Source of the DNA: the human T2T-CHM13v2.0 reference genome, Homo sapiens
Strand: one strand, 5' to 3'
NCBI RefSeq assembly: GCF_009914755.1
Contig: NC_060928.1
Length of the DNA: 64,000 nucleotides
Numbering within the stretch: the stretch's first letter is position 1; every line of letters begins with the position of its first letter. Shown piece by piece: positions 33,641 to 49,314 of this stretch. The notes below the pieces were generated by a model. The model ran no database searches, was not told where the DNA came from, and saw only the letters and a program-made list of their open reading frames with translations. The translations under genes and the position numbers were made by a program.

Positions 33641-35399
33641 AAACCTACCCTTGCTCATTCATCTCAGGCTGCATTGACCTAAAGTTCTTTCCCATGCCAT
33701 GTCCCTTTCCACTTCCAGTGTTTGGCCAAATATTTTCTTGTCCTGAGGATCATTAAAGGCTACCCTATGTAAATTAGAAACTGGTCTTTTGTTTTCCATA
33801 ATAGTGTTCTTCTTTATTTCCTTCACATTTCTAATACTTGGCAACTATTGATTCACTTATAATTTTTACCTCTTTCACATAAATTTAAATGACATTCTAA
33901 AAAGAAGCCAGTTTATTCATTTTTCTCCACTTTAGCTCCAGTGTCTAGCACAGTGGTTGGCATGATGTAGGTGATTAAGTATTTGATGATCAGTGGAATA
34001 AATTGGATTTATGGTTGCATTAGCCAAAAAAAGCTGACTCTGAAAGATGTAATTATACAAAGAACAAAAATAGAAGAATTCAGAACTTAATTTTAGATGT
34101 AGAAAATTAAAAGTAAATGAAGTTAATCCAGGTAAATAAATATGAAAAATAACATTTGCAAACTGATAATATGTAAATTAAAAATAAATTCAAGATGTGT
34201 TTTTTAGGAAACTTTAATGAATTAAATGCAGTGTTGACTACTTGGATCTACAAAAGGGAAACAAGAGACTTTCAGGAAATGAGAAATAAGAGGAGATATA
34301 ACAGCAGATAGTGTGGAGATTTCAATATCGTAAGGAAATAAAAAGTACCACTTTATGCTGTTAATTTTGAAAATCCCAGTGAAAAAGATCTTTTTCTCTC
34401 CCAGAAGATCCAAATTGCCCAAAGTGTCTCAATAACAAGTAGAAAAGCTGAATAGACAAATAATTATGAAAGAAGCTGTAGCTGTTTTCAAAGATTTTCT
34501 TCTTAAAATCACTCCATGGGACTCCCAGGCAAAGCAAATAATTGAACATAATTGATCTGGGCTTCATCCCATTTCCCAATTGCTCATTGAAATGAATAAT
34601 GGGTCATAAAAATAGAAATTTGCACCAGTATTATAAACCAGCAAAGAGTTGTCTCCATATTCTTAAAAAGGATTTTAAAAGTATATTAAGGAGGGAATAT
34701 GAATAAGTAAAGGGTTTGTCAGAAAATAGCCACTGTAAAAGGGCAATGGGCCCGTAACAAGAAGAGTCGACACTGGTAGTCTAATTATCCCCTGGAAATA
34801 ACCCAGGGGGAGGGATGAGGGCATGGCAAAAAGTGGGGTGCATATTTTGATGCCATTAAATGTACTGAGAAAAAGTCTTGATGCTGGAGCAACACCGGCA
34901 ATGAGTTTGCCTGGGACATCCTCACCATATCTTGTTGGAGTGGGCAGCACTGTCTTACCTGGCCTCCAGCAAAGGTTTGGGGAGATTGTGCCTCAGTGCT
35001 CACCTGAAAAAGCAGCTGACTCAGCTCCTCTTCTGGGACTAGGGAAACTGGAAGATTCTCTGCAGATGAGGCTGCTGACTGTTCTAAAATGCGTAGACAC
35101 ACTCATAATCCAGATGCTGTTGGAGAAGTGAGGGAAATGGTTAGAAACTTGAAAGATTAATCATTTCCCTAAAGGTCCAGTAATTATATATCACATTATA
35201 TCAGTTGGATTGGACTTGCATTCAGTGATTTTACCTCCTTGGTTACCAGCAGTTGGTAGCTCATGAAGACACCCAGACTCCTTTTAGAATATGAAGAAAC
35301 TTGGTTTTCTATGCTTATGTATATTATAACATGCAAAAGCTTTTGTCTTTTTCACTCACATATGAAATTAAAATAAAGAGTTATAAAGAAACTACAGTA

Positions 35400-36300
35400 T
35401 GAGCTTAGGAAATATTCATGAAAAACCATTTTTCTTTAGATGATTTTAAACTCATTAAAAATTATAATTGTTTCAGTGGATAGAAGAATCAATAGTTAAG
35501 AATGGTGAAGTGCTCAAGAAAAAGATGAGACATTATTTCAGAATTCTAGGAAAGAAATAGATAAATAAAAAATAAAAAAGATAAAAACATAGATCTGAAT
35601 AAAGATTATGGAAAATGTTATCAAAAATAATGCAGGAGTACTCAAACATTAGAAAAGAGAAATATAATGATAGACACATGAGATGTTTAAAATATAAATG
35701 AATTGAAATCCATGCTAATAAACTGGAAAATCTTAAGAAAATGAATAATTTTCAGCACAATATTAATTTTGTAAACTGATTCAAGATAGGAAAAAATGAA
35801 TAGATCAATGAAAGGGAGAACACTTAAGACTATCATATTACCTCGAAATGTCTGCTCCAGGCAGTGTTTTATAGGTGAGTGCTTTCAAACTTTCAAGTAA
35901 CAAATTATTTGTAGGCTACATGAATTGTTTCTGATCATACAAAAAAAAAAAAAAGGGAGGAAGGGGTTTGCAAGCACACTTTTGAGGCTAGATCAATTGG
36001 TGTAACTAAACTGACAAAGACATCATCAAAAAGAAAACTTCATTCTACTCTTACCTATGACTTTAAATAAGTAAACTTCAAATAAATACTTGTAAAATAC
36101 AATAGGCAGTACATTTATTTAAAAAATAAAAATCTCCATGTTCAAGCTTAGTAGGACATTTAGGAACAAAGACATATTTTATAGTACAGATTCTTTAACT
36201 TAGTATATCATTTTACTTTGTCAAATTAGAAAAGAAATCAAGTAATCCTTTAGAAAGATTCTGAAACGGTGTTTTACAATATTCACATTCACTCCATAAT
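35400..36300 (+). mobile_element. Highly diverged L1 (L1ME/L1M5-type) ORF2 remnant
   Basis: CATGCTAATAAACTGGAAAATCTTAAGAAAATG and CTCCAGGCAGTGTTTTATAGGTGAG L1-like motifs. Confidence 0.6.
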
Positions 36301-36971
36301 TCATAATGATCTATAATAATCCATCACAAAAAAGTGACTTAGTTAATCACTATGAAATGTGATACAAGCAACATTTCTGTATGCAATGCAAGTAGAAAAA
36401 TAAACAATTCTTGGACTTCAGAATTGTAAAGCTTGAATTTAAATGCATAGGATCTGAAGTCACACATAGAGCACAAAACTTGCCCCTGCCACTTACCAAC
36501 TTTTAGGTTCTTAGGCTACTAAGCTTCTATGAGACCAAATGCAGCTTTATCACTTTCTGGCATTTCTGTGAAATTTGCAAATCTTGTCTATGTGTAGACA
36601 AATAGAAGTTTGTGTTTTAAAGCGAGTAAGCTTGGTTAAAAGATGTTTATAGTATTATATCTAACTCAAGGATATAGGTTTGAGCCTCACATAGCACTTA
36701 CTATCATTATTACGATTATTATACTACAGGTTTTCTGACCATTATTTTGAATCAAGAGCTAAGGACCAATATTTGGGTTTATCGATCTAAGGATAACTTA
36801 TTTGGAATGGCAATAACCTATTAAAATAAGTTGTGTTGTTAGAAAATAAAATAGTTCTGATAGTATCAAGTCATCCTGGAAAAAAGAAAGAGTTAGGAAA
36901 CAAAAGACAAACTAAAATGAGAATAGTTTCTTAAGTATTCTCGTGCACTTTAGTTTTATTCGGAAATTTAA

Positions 36972-37347
<376 letters not shown>

Positions 37348-37843
37348 AGAATAAGCATTTTTAGACCTGGATTTAGCTGAGAAAATTGAGACACAGAGAA
37401 ATTACGTGACTGCTCTGAGATAGTGCAGTTAGAAATGGGCAGAACTGGAACTAGAACCTGCTCTTCTGAACCGTTTTCTAATTCTGAGAATCAACTTACG
37501 ATTGGGTGCCTGTTGATGGCCACACCATCACATTACCCTCCAGGAGTCATCTGGAGTCAATACTGCACATTAAATGGGCATAGATTGTCATTTATAATGG
37601 TGGGAATAACCCCCTTTTCTCATTGTAATCACTACGATTTCTTCATAAAACACACTGTAAAAATGTAACCTCTTTTCCTTCTCTCAATTGCATTAAATCT
37701 GGTCCAAGACCCTGCCTGCCATATTGGCTGTGTATACAGGTCTCCCTCCCACAGGGGTTCCCAGTGAATTCCAGGAAGTATACATAGGTCAAAAAAAAAA
37801 AAAAAGATCATATTGATTTTTCCCAAAAGTGAGTGACTTCTAG

Positions 37844-38314
37844 TGTTGTGTCCCCTTAAAAGATGTCCCCTTTTAGAATTGTGTCCCCTTAAAAGATGTT
37901 CAAGTCCTAACCTCTAGTACCTGTGAATGTAACCTTTTCTTAAAAAAGAGTCTCTTATAATGTAGCCAAATTAAGATGAGGTCATGCTGGAGTAGAATAG
38001 GCCCTTAATCTGATATGGCTGGTGTCTTTGTAAGAAGAGGAGACACAAATACACAGACACACAGGGAGAATGCTTTGTGTTAACAAAGGCAGAAATTGGA
38101 GTGAGAAGTGTACAAGCCAAGCAGCTCCAAGAATTGCCAGGAACCACCAGAAGCCAGAAGGCATGGGGCAAATTCTCCCATAGGGACTTCAGTGAGAGGA
38201 TGACCCTGACAATCACACTTCTATCCTTCACAACTGTGAGACTGTAAATTTCTGTTGTTTTAAGCCACTTAGGTCGTGAAAATTTGTTACAGTAGGTCCT
38301 AGGAAACAAATACA
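37844..38314 (+). mobile_element. MLT1C-like solo LTR
   Basis: TGTCCCCTTAAAAGATGTTCAAGTCCTAACC, TTAAGATGAGGTCAT, AAATTTCTGTTGTTTTAAGCCAC, GGAAACAAATACA end. Confidence 0.85.
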
Positions 38315-38825
38315 CCTGGTGCCCAATCGGATCACATCTCATTTCATCTTTGGGTTGCTTCTCACTTCTGCAAAATGCCGCATTCTCACAAGCTTTGCTC
38401 TCTTAGGGACCTAAGTCTTTCTCAGTGTCATCCTCCATTGGAAACTGACTCCATATCCTTCATCCTTAGCTGCTTAACCTGGCAGGAATTACACACTTCC
38501 TAGAGCCCAGTAACTTCAGTTTCACCTGCAAATATTTTCCTATAAGATGTGGGTAATGCAAGAGGCATTCATGCTACTCTTTATCCTGGAAATGGAATTC
38601 TCCACTACTGAATATAGGAGAGTCTTAAGAGCCTTCTATACTCATAAACAAGTTTCCTTTTATCCTTAAAAGCAATGGGTTGATTACTAAAGTCACTCTG
38701 GAGATAAACATCCATAGGCTAGAGCTTCAAAGGAGGAAGAGAAGTTGTTTGGTCCAATGGGGGCTTGGTAGGTGGGGAGATATTAACATTTCATTCCATT
38801 GTTTTGATACAGCTCCCAAGAATAA

Positions 38826-39129
<304 letters not shown>

Positions 39130-39424
39130 CTCAAATTCACTTTTATCTGATTCCCTTTTTATATGACTTTAGGTAGGATTCTGAGAGCTATTCTCATAAT
39201 GATGACTTTAACTGAGGAAGGTGGGTAAAACAAAACAAAACACGGAATTTGAACAGGGGAATGACATCATTTGACTCATATAGATTATGAAAAAGAGGCA
39301 GATGGTCATTGCTTAATAAACTTTTATTGCAAAAATGGATGCAGGAATAAAAACAGAAAAATACATGGATGGCCTGGTCTTTTCAGTTACTTGTTTTTGT
39401 TTTGCTCTGTCTTGTATTTCTTTC

Positions 39425-39600
39425 CTTTTTTTAATATTTTTTTATTTTTGAGAAATGGTCTTGCTTTGTCACCAGGCTGGAGTATATTGTGACTATTGTG
39501 ACTAGGCTGGAGTGCAGTTGTTAGCTCACTGCAGCCTTGACTTCCCGGGCTCAACTGATCCTCCCTCCTCACCTCCCAAGTAGCTGGGACTACAGGTGCA
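39425..39600 (-). mobile_element. Old Alu monomer (AluJ/FRAM-like)
   Basis: AGCTCACTGCAGCCTTGACTTCCCGGGCTCAA J-type diagnostics. Confidence 0.8.
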
Positions 39601-39609
39601 CTTTAGTTC

Positions 39610-40061
<452 letters not shown>

Positions 40062-41477
40062 TGAGACTGCGTGCATTTATATACTCCTTTCACAGACTTT
40101 CCTTTCTCAGTGTGATTGCCATTAGCTAGAGAGTTTGTCTTCATCTCACTGATTTCCATCGATTGTTTAGGACTCACCTCAGGTGATATCAATTTCTGAA
40201 AGCTTGCTTGCTTCTCAACTTCCAAATCATGCCAAATGTAGCAGAGAAGAGGAAAAGATTGAGAATTCCAGGGTGAATTTTATTATGTTCTGTAGCACCT
40301 CTCAGAAAATCAAATGCTATTAATGAGATTAAATATTTTCCTTATGCTTATTAATATTTGTATTTCCTCTTTTAAAATTTTGATCTTTCTCTTTTATTAT
40401 TTTGCAGCACATGCTAATTTCCATTGGCTCACAGAATTATTTATATAAAAATATACGTGCACCTAATCTTTCATACATACTCCAAATTTTTTCTGGTTTA
40501 TAATTCATCACTTAACATATTTATAATATTTTTATTGTATAGAAAAGTTTAGTATAGTAAAATCGATGAATATTTTTCTCACAATATGTTTTACTTTAAG
40601 CTTTGAAATGCTTTTTAGTTTTTCTTTTTACATTAGCTTTTCACTCAATTTTGCATTTATGTTGTTGTATGTGGAAGGCACAATAATAATGTATAAAACT
40701 TTAAAAATGCATTGTAGATCTTATTGCACCAGCTGGGAAAAAAAATGCCAGGCTTTGGTTGTGCTTTAAAAGCTGTTTCATCATCGAACTTTGTTTCTAT
40801 TCTTTCAGCACCTGAAAATAGCCCAAGATGAAATGAGCAATCCCAGATGCCTCAGCAGATTGTACCACTTTCATAAATTTTCTATTCGCTATCGTGGTAG
40901 ATAACATTAATGCTACTTGAGCAGACTTAATTCACCAGCTTTACTGTCATGGGGCTACAGCTAGCCTCTCTGTGAAAAATTGTTATAAAGCATCTTAAAA
41001 TGTGGTTCCCATACCCTGGACAACCACAATCAAACTCATTCACGATGCTTGTTAATCATGCAGATTTATGGGCCCCGGACAAAATTCCTGCAACACAATC
41101 TTTGCAATTTAGGATCACATCCTGTGAAGACTCAGATCCTAGGGTTCTCTAACTCTTACTCTGGATTCAATGAGACGAATGTGATTTTCGCTTTGATACT
41201 ATTTCCAAAAGCTCAGCAATTAACCTGCCTCAAACCCCAAATAGCCTATGTCAGGGCTTGCCACCTATTTGCATCCTGGTGCTTGCTCTGTGCCACAAGA
41301 GTCATCAGAATGAAACTATTGTTCACCAGTAAGCTAGTACTGGAATTTGAAATTATTCCTAAGCAACTATTACAGCTCTCTGCATTACACTATGAGTTTT
41401 CTGTTTTTTTAAGTCCTCTGAAGACAATGCAATATTAAGAGTCTCACGAAGTTTCAAAAGAAGGCAACAACTTCTGA

Positions 41478-41886
<409 letters not shown>

Positions 41887-42419
41887 AATTTTTTATTTCT
41901 GAAAAATGAGGACACCCAAGTTGAGGAAGATGGAGTTCCTCTACCAAATTCATAAATCAGCCAATGTCAGAGACAGGTGTCAAACCCAAGACATTTGGGC
42001 CCAGGCCTAAGGCACAGTCTCTTCAGTACAGCTGCCTGGCATGTACCATACGGGTCACTTTCCAGATAGGAAAATAATCTGCTATGAGTCAGGTGTTCAG
42101 ATATCACGTAGATGCCAAAGATTAAGAGAGAGCAGGGGAATAACTGTGTTAAGCAGTCAGGATTGGAGATGTAACTATGTTGCTCTGGAGCCAGGTAGTT
42201 AGAGGCAGGTTAGATCCCTCCTGGAAGGCAAGCAGCTATGACTTGTCAACTGCATCCTTTATGGTCCTGATGCCACTTCGCTGCTCTACCCAGTGGATAT
42301 TAACAAGCCATTTCTCTGTGTGTTGCCACCACACTCAGGAATTCCAAAATCTCTCATTTGATAATTCTAAAAATATTGCCCCCAATTTAGCCTTATTAAA
42401 GAACTGAAAGCATTTTTAC

Positions 42420-42640
42420 AATATAATAAATAATATTTGAGCACTATTTTATAGTTTAGTATAAAGAGTTTTCACATGTTACTTTAAAGATCTCACAACA
42501 ACCTGATTAGGTCATTAATGCTCTCATTTATTTCCGTATTGTAGATGAAGTTGAAATTGAACACTACTGGGGTAACTTTTTCAAGGTCAATGAGGTGACA
42601 TTAAGACTTCAGGTTGTGTCTCCCTGCCTCAAAGTCTTTG
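42420..42640. mobile_element. MIR
   Basis: ATCTCACAACAACCTG...GTAGATGAAG...AAGGTCA core. Further MIR-like pieces lie near 18620, 37360, 41890, 43200, 46280, 48660 and 60630. Confidence 0.6.
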
Positions 42641-45600
42641 TTCTGTGTAATTTACAATACATGCCCTGTCATTTTTGCGGCAAACAGAGAGCTACAGTGT
42701 ACCAACCAGTCCTTCAGTGATTGAAGGACTATTCTTATCTTTTTTAAAAGGTGAAAGGCTATGGTATTAGTATAATGATTTGAATGGAAGAAATGCAGCA
42801 TGAAAGAGGGTTATTGCAGATATGGATAGTGAAGTGCATTATAGACACTCCTTACAGACAGCTGTGACCTTCAGCTAAGGCAAAACCATCACTATGATGT
42901 CAGAGTTATTCAGTAGAAATAACAGTAATGAAACTCAACACACAAAATCATCAGCAAACACAAACTGATGCTTTGAGTTAAGACAGGAGAACAGTGTGCC
43001 TACCCATCATTCAGAGGCTGCAGTGGAATGACACAGTTTAATTCAGGGATGAATCTCAAAATATTTTGATATTTCCATTGTTGTTTTTTTTTAAAAAATC
43101 ACAATTTTAGTTTCTAGATTCATTTTGAATTCTGTTAAAAAATGATTTCCAACCCACAAATAATTTGAAAATGGCACTTGCTTCAGTAATAATACCTCAT
43201 GTTTATAGCAGGGTTCCATAACTTACTATGAAAATTTACCAAAAATATATTTATTGATCTTCTCCATGATTTCTTGATATCATTGCTATAATACATGCGA
43301 AGAAATTGACATAGAAGGTCAGGTGAATTGTACAAGGTTTCCAGATAGTATGTTAGAAAGCTGGACTTGAATGAATGTCTTTTTGTTGAAGTCTAATGCT
43401 TTTCTCACTCTAATAGACTGTCTCAAAATCTTAGTCTAAAAACACTTAAAATATACTAGTTATGCCTTTTCATTTAAAGGAAATTATTCTGGACAGAAAA
43501 GATGAACATGAGGAGGAGTTATTCTTTCCCTTCTGCATGTTGTTATATTGAACATTTGTGAGATATATATACATATATCTCTCTCACAATATAAATATAT
43601 ATATTTACATTCCATTTCACTGTCTTATAAGTTTATGTCACAATTTTTACTCTATTCTGTTTACATTCATATTTCAGTTTGCTTTGTAGCCCATATTATT
43701 TTATATTTGGAAGCATGTTAAAATCAATATAGTTGGGCAATGGTTTCAAAGATGTGCTATAAGGAAATAAAATTAATTAATTAACTCTTTCAATACATCT
43801 GAGTCCCAGTTGCATGTGTGACAGTGAGAAGGAGGCAGCAGTGCTTCAGGCTCTTCTCTGAAGAGTCTCATTGTCCACCAGGGGAGGAGAGGTTCATGCT
43901 ACAGAGCCACCATTAAAGTTTCATGGGGTTTCAGTTAAACCAACTACCTGCAGAGGAGAGTACTGGGCATGGGAGTTAGTCAGTTGGAGGGTGGGAGTCA
44001 CATGGCCATGTGAATTGTATTCCAGACAGAAGAAACCATAGGAGAAAAAGAAGATAGAAAGAACAGAACATAGCAAAACATGTTTACTGGAACACCAGGA
44101 CTCAGGGGTGACAGGAATGGAAAATATACTTGAAAAGGTAAGAATGGACCTAAATTTTGAAGGAGATGGGAATCCTGCCTAAGACATGTCCATTTGTTAG
44201 CAATAGGGAACCAATAGAGTTTTTTCAGCAGAACAATACAATGATAATCAGTGATCCCCAAATTAAATACCCAATTTTACAGAATTGTTGTTTATCATCA
44301 ACTCAAGTTCAGGTTGTATGTTTGGGTTTCAAATCCAGGTTTCATTATAGGGAACCAAAATACTTAACTCCAATAAACATTTTATTCTTAAATGATGTAA
44401 TAAGGGAATATGATAATGTTCTACTCTTTACGACAACATAAACATAAGCCAGCAATAGTTGCCAGAAAAAAAAGAGATTTAAACAAAAGTTCTATCTTTT
44501 GAATTCAGAGTATAATTTTTAATATCATGGGACCTACTTCTTTGTACCATATTTACTGTTTTATTGCTTCTTCTCTGTTAGACCATGAACTATTTTAGAG
44601 CAGAAAGCACATTCCATGTTTTTGTCAATCCAGGACTAACACAATCCTTGGTACCTAGAAGGTGCTCACTAAATATTGAGCATCTGTCACCATAATTCTG
44701 CTCTTTTAAAACCTATTAACCCCTCAACCCAAATGAGAGATATCTCTGAGGAACTTCGGTGTAGAGTAAATGAAGGAAAGAGCACTAACAGTGCATAGCA
44801 TCTATGAGATTTTAAATGTGTGTGATGAAATAGATGAATTGGTAGTATACTATTGGTGCCTACAATACAGATAGTGTCCAATTTATTGTGTGTGTATGAG
44901 TGCATGTTTCTGATTTGGTATTCACTTACTCATCTCATGATGGTGGAGTTTAGGACAGATTAAATGTATTCTTTTCTGCATTTTCTATTTTTTTCTACAA
45001 TTGGCAGGTAATAGTTTCATATTAAGAAAAGTGATGGCACAGGAAAAAAAAAAGTCTTTGTTTTTTCTAGAAAGCTTTTAAACTTTTTAATGAATAACAA
45101 ATCTTTGAATAAGAAGAGACAACACCTTAAAACAATAGGAGAAAGTTCATTATTTTTTTCTAACCATGAATGAAGGTGAATCCAAGGGGTAGCTAGGACC
45201 AGGAGGCTTTCAGTGTGCTGTGTGGAAAGTAATGAGACAGGGTGAATACATTCTTTATATAGTTTTCAATGCTAAGAGTCAGGAAAAACAGAAAGCAGAT
45301 TGTCACAAATATAAATTATTCATCGAAGATACAGAGTGAAAGAAAGAGGGTTTCAGAGTCATCGTTTCTAGTCCCCTCTCTGTGGAAGAAAGGTAATTCT
45401 TGGTATTGAACAGATTCTCCCCTGAGGAGATAATTGAGTCATCAGGGGAAGATGGGGAACTAATGGGGATTCAGATTCAAGGAAGTTTATTAGAAGTGCT
45501 TTCAAACTATGAAATGTTCAATTTAAGGATGGAGGTAGCTAACTTGCCACTCACTTAATTACAAAAATCATGCAAGATGAACTTGGAAGTGGTGGGTAAG

Positions 45601-46827
45601 ACAGCTCTAGGCAAGCAAAGACAGTGCCAAGTAAGAATAAAGATATGGAATATGTAATTAAATTGTGGGAGGGTGACAGATGCTATCAGGCTTCCACTTG
45701 TTACAAGGTAAACAAAAGAATAATGCAATAATAAATATAAAATATAAAATGTAAAATTGCTTTTTTGTCCTCAGCAAATGGAGAGTCATCTGAAGCAATA
45801 TCTGCCTTTTATTTACTTTTTGATGTTTCTTGGTTATATAACTATTTCTTTTTTTGGGTTTATAAAGGATTGAGCAGCAGGGTGGTTAGAACTGAACACA
45901 TTGTAATGTTATTGTTGAAAAATAGAAACAGTTTACAAAGTAAAAGACAATTTAGCTGGTGAGAGGGGAAAATATCTTCCTAAACTAATGTTATAACAAA
46001 TGAAATTTGATGACTTTCACTCTTCTGTGATGGAGTTTGCACATCGAATGAGTAGGCTGTGCTGAAATGTTAAACCAAAGTCTCACTGACTTTAAGCTCT
46101 CTTTAACTGGCTCTTTAAGGAGCTGGAGGAAAATAAATTCAAATTCAAAAATAAATGAAATTTGAAGCCTGCCATTGGGTTTTAAGGCATAGAAAATAAG
46201 TTGTTGTTGTTTTTGTTTTTCCCCAGAAGAAGTCAAAAATATATAAATTCACTCAGCAAAATTTTTCACATGATTACTGGCAGCAAGGCGTAGTGAACAA
46301 AGTTGGGATTTAGATTCAGACAAATCAATACAAATCCTCTGTTACAAATCCTGGCTCTGTCACTTACCAGTTCGGGAACTAAAATAATTGTTTAATGTCT
46401 CTCAACCTTTTTCTGTAATTTGCAAAGGGTGAATACCAAAAACCCACAGACAAATTTATGGGGATTAAATAAAATAGCCCATGTCTAGAATCTAGTAGAG
46501 TTCAATCACTCAAAATCATACGGTAATATTTATACATAGTCTTATTATTCCTAGACACTTAGTTCATCTTTATTCCCTTTTGTGGGTCATAGTTAAAAAT
46601 AGGAAAAATAAATTAGTCTATACATGAAAAAATAAGACAAACTTAGCCACTTTCTGATCAACTTGATTATCACTTCGAATTCACTTTTCTATATGGCAGG
46701 TATGCACAACTAACAGGGCAGACAATCCAGTCAACAAAGGAAATAACAAGGGATTAAGATTTCCTAGACTGGTGCACCTTTATCTTAAAAATGTTCTGGA
46801 CATCAGATAAACACACCTCAACACCTC

Positions 46828-47263
46828 CTTTTTTTAACTTTTAAGTTCAGGGGTACATGTGCAGGTTTGTTATATAGGTAAGCTTGTGTCATGGGGATTT
46901 GTTGTATAGATTGTTTTGTTACCCCAGTATTAAGCTTAGTTTCCATTCATTATTTTTCCTGATCCTCTCCCTCCTCCCACCCTCCACCCCTGAAAAGGTC
47001 CCTGTGTGTGTTGTTCCCCTCTATGTGTCCATGTGTTCTCATCAATTAGCTCTCACTTGTGAGAGCCTGTTGTATTTGGTTTTCTGTTCCCGTGTTAGTT
47101 TGCTGAGGATAATGGCCTCAAGCTCCTTCCATGTCCCCGCAAAGGACACGATCTTGTTCTTTTTTATGGCTGCATGGTATTCTGTGGTGTATATGTACCA
47201 CATTTTCTTCATCCAGTCTATCATTGATGGGCATTCATGTTGATTCTATGTCTTTGCTATTGA
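46828..47263 (-). mobile_element. L1PA (PA10-13-like) 3' end fragment
   Basis: TTTTAAGTTCAGGGGTACATGTGCAGGTTTG reverse 3' end. ORF 47042-47224 is the L1 ORF2p tail (MIDWMKKMWYIYTTEY). Confidence 0.9.
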
Positions 47264-48137
47264 GCACACTTCATTCCTTTTCATCCTGTGACATTTCTTT
47301 ATTGCCCCAAACATTGCCGCAGCCTACAACTCAATCCTTCCTACATTTTTTAATACCCTATCTTTAATTAAAATAACTACCTGTAAAAGCATTGAAAAAA
47401 TACAGAGAACCCTAAGAAATAAAATTTTAAGTGATTTCATAGGCAGAAATCACCACTGTATACATTATTATATATTTCTATGCAATTATTATATTCTACA
47501 CTTTTTTCAACAAAACCTAATTTCACAGGGATTTTTTTTGATAAGTGACATTTTTCACTTATCAATGTTAACTACATTTTCCTTAATGCATATATATTCT
47601 TTGATAAGATAGTTTTAATAAATACATAGCTTTCTGAATGAAAATGCAGCACATTGCCTTTGAACTCAATTGTGCCTAAATTCCTGCACCCTGCCTTGGC
47701 AGTTGAGCCTGTCCATGAGCCCTGTACCCAGATAAACTATTTTTGTTTAAATTGTTTCTGTTGTGACCTTCTCTCTGTGTTCTTCCTGTGATCTGTCCTC
47801 ATACTGCTCTCTTAGTGACCACACTCCTTCCTAGCCTGTTGTCTATACAGCTCTACTTTTGATGACCCCTACCTAGGAAAGAATGTCCTGGTTTGCTATA
47901 AGCATCTATTTCCCCCTCACTCCAGTCTCCTTGAGAAAGGACTTCTCAAGTACCAAACGTTCATAATATTTTAATTCTGCTGTAGGTAGTCTGCTAGAGA
48001 GGGAGAGAAAACATTTTTAGAGACATAGAATTATGCCTTACCTTCTGACTCTGCAAATAATGCCAATTTCATCTGGAAATCCCATATAACCGCCCCAATT
48101 ATGATTAGCCTAGCCTCTACAACACCACTATCTACAC

Positions 48138-48388
48138 CAGTGGTTCTAAACTGGAGCTGGTTTTGTCCCTCAAAGGGACATTGGGCAAAGGACATTGTCA
48201 AAGGACATTGGGCAAAATGTAAAAATGTTTTTCATCGCACAACTATAAGCAAAGGATTCTACTGGTATCCAGTAGGTAGAGGCCAAGGGTACTGCTAAAC
48301 ATCCTAAAATGTACAGGACATCCCCAGGCCCAGGGCAAAAACATTACCTAGGCCAAGGTGTCAACAATACCAAGGTTGAAAAACCCCG
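48138..48388. mobile_element. MER20 (hAT-Charlie)
   Basis: CAGTGGTTCT start, GTAGAGGCCAAGG...CTGCTAAACATCCTA core, GGTTGAAAAACCCCG end, 8-bp TSD ATCTACAC/ATCTGCAT. Confidence 0.85.
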
Positions 48389-48752
48389 ATCTGCATACCA
48401 AATTAAATATCTCTTATTTTATTGTGTTATACACATATTTATTCCTTTGTTACATTTCCAACAATAGAAAAAAATAGAAACAGGATACTAAATATTCTCA
48501 TTTTGATACAATGAACTTCTTCAGAAAACTTCTTTAGACCTCTTGGACTATTTCTAACCTTTCAGACTATTTTTATTACAAAAATAGTCAATTTTTATGA
48601 CAATTTCTCCTGAGGACTAGCATATCGATTGGTAAACAAGGAACCACCTGGATGTGGATGTACTGGCAATATACTTTGTACTGAGAAATGACCACTCTAG
48701 TAATCTACGTCTATTATCTCATTTAATTCTTAAAATGACCCTGAGATGTAGG

Positions 48753-49314
48753 TGTTTCAGCTACTATTGCTGTGCAGAAAATTCTACCAAAAACTTAGAG
48801 ACCTAAAAACAACCAATTTATTTGATTAACAAATTTGTGAGTTTGAAATTATGGAACAGTTTCATGTAGGGAAGGCTCGTGTTTGAGATTGATCATGTGA
48901 TCACAGCCAACTGTTGGCTGCAGCTGCTGTTACCAGAAAAGCAGAGGGTCTGGGTCTCCAAGGTCGTGAACCTGCATGGCTAGCCATTGGTGCTGGCTGT
49001 CAGGCTGGAGACACAACTGGGGTGTGAACCTATATATCTCCTCTCCAGGATGTTGGCCTCAGGGTAGTTGATGTTGGCCCAGACCTTGCACTGTGGCTGG
49101 TTTTTCCAGAGTGAGTTTCCAAGAGGACAAAGAGAAAGCTTCCTGCCCTTTTCCGCCCTTGCCTCAGAAGTTATGCAGCATCACTTCTGCTTCATTGTTC
49201 TGGTTACAAAGGAGATACTAAGCCTGGCCCAGATTCAAGAAGAGTAGACACAGAAACTGTTCTTTAGTGGAATGAATGCCAAAGAATTCACAGGTATATT
49301 TTTAAAACATCACA
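48753..49314 (-). mobile_element. MLT1G/H-like solo LTR inserted in a MIR
   Basis: TGTTTCAGCTACTATTGCTG...CATCACTTCTGC...TTTTAAAACATCACA, TSD GTAGG/GTAGA. Confidence 0.75.

Noticed and set aside
36625-36700. Faint tRNA-like A/B-box pattern (AGCTTGGTTAAA...GGTTTGAGCCTC)
   Set aside because: No cloverleaf can be formed. At best a very old tRNA-derived SINE fragment.
40790-40900. Plus-strand splice-acceptor-like sites (also 22120, 45774 and 46226)
   Set aside because: No convincing paired donors or recognisable coding frame. Polypyrimidine-AG is common in AT-rich DNA.
43555-43602. Small hairpin TTGTGAGATATAT...ATATATCTCTCTCACAA
   Set aside because: Short and largely explained by self-complementary TA/GA microsatellite sequence.
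47650-47970. Possible old LTR fragment (also a possible hAT fragment at ~49780-50080)
   Set aside because: I could not identify termini, TSDs or a family with confidence.
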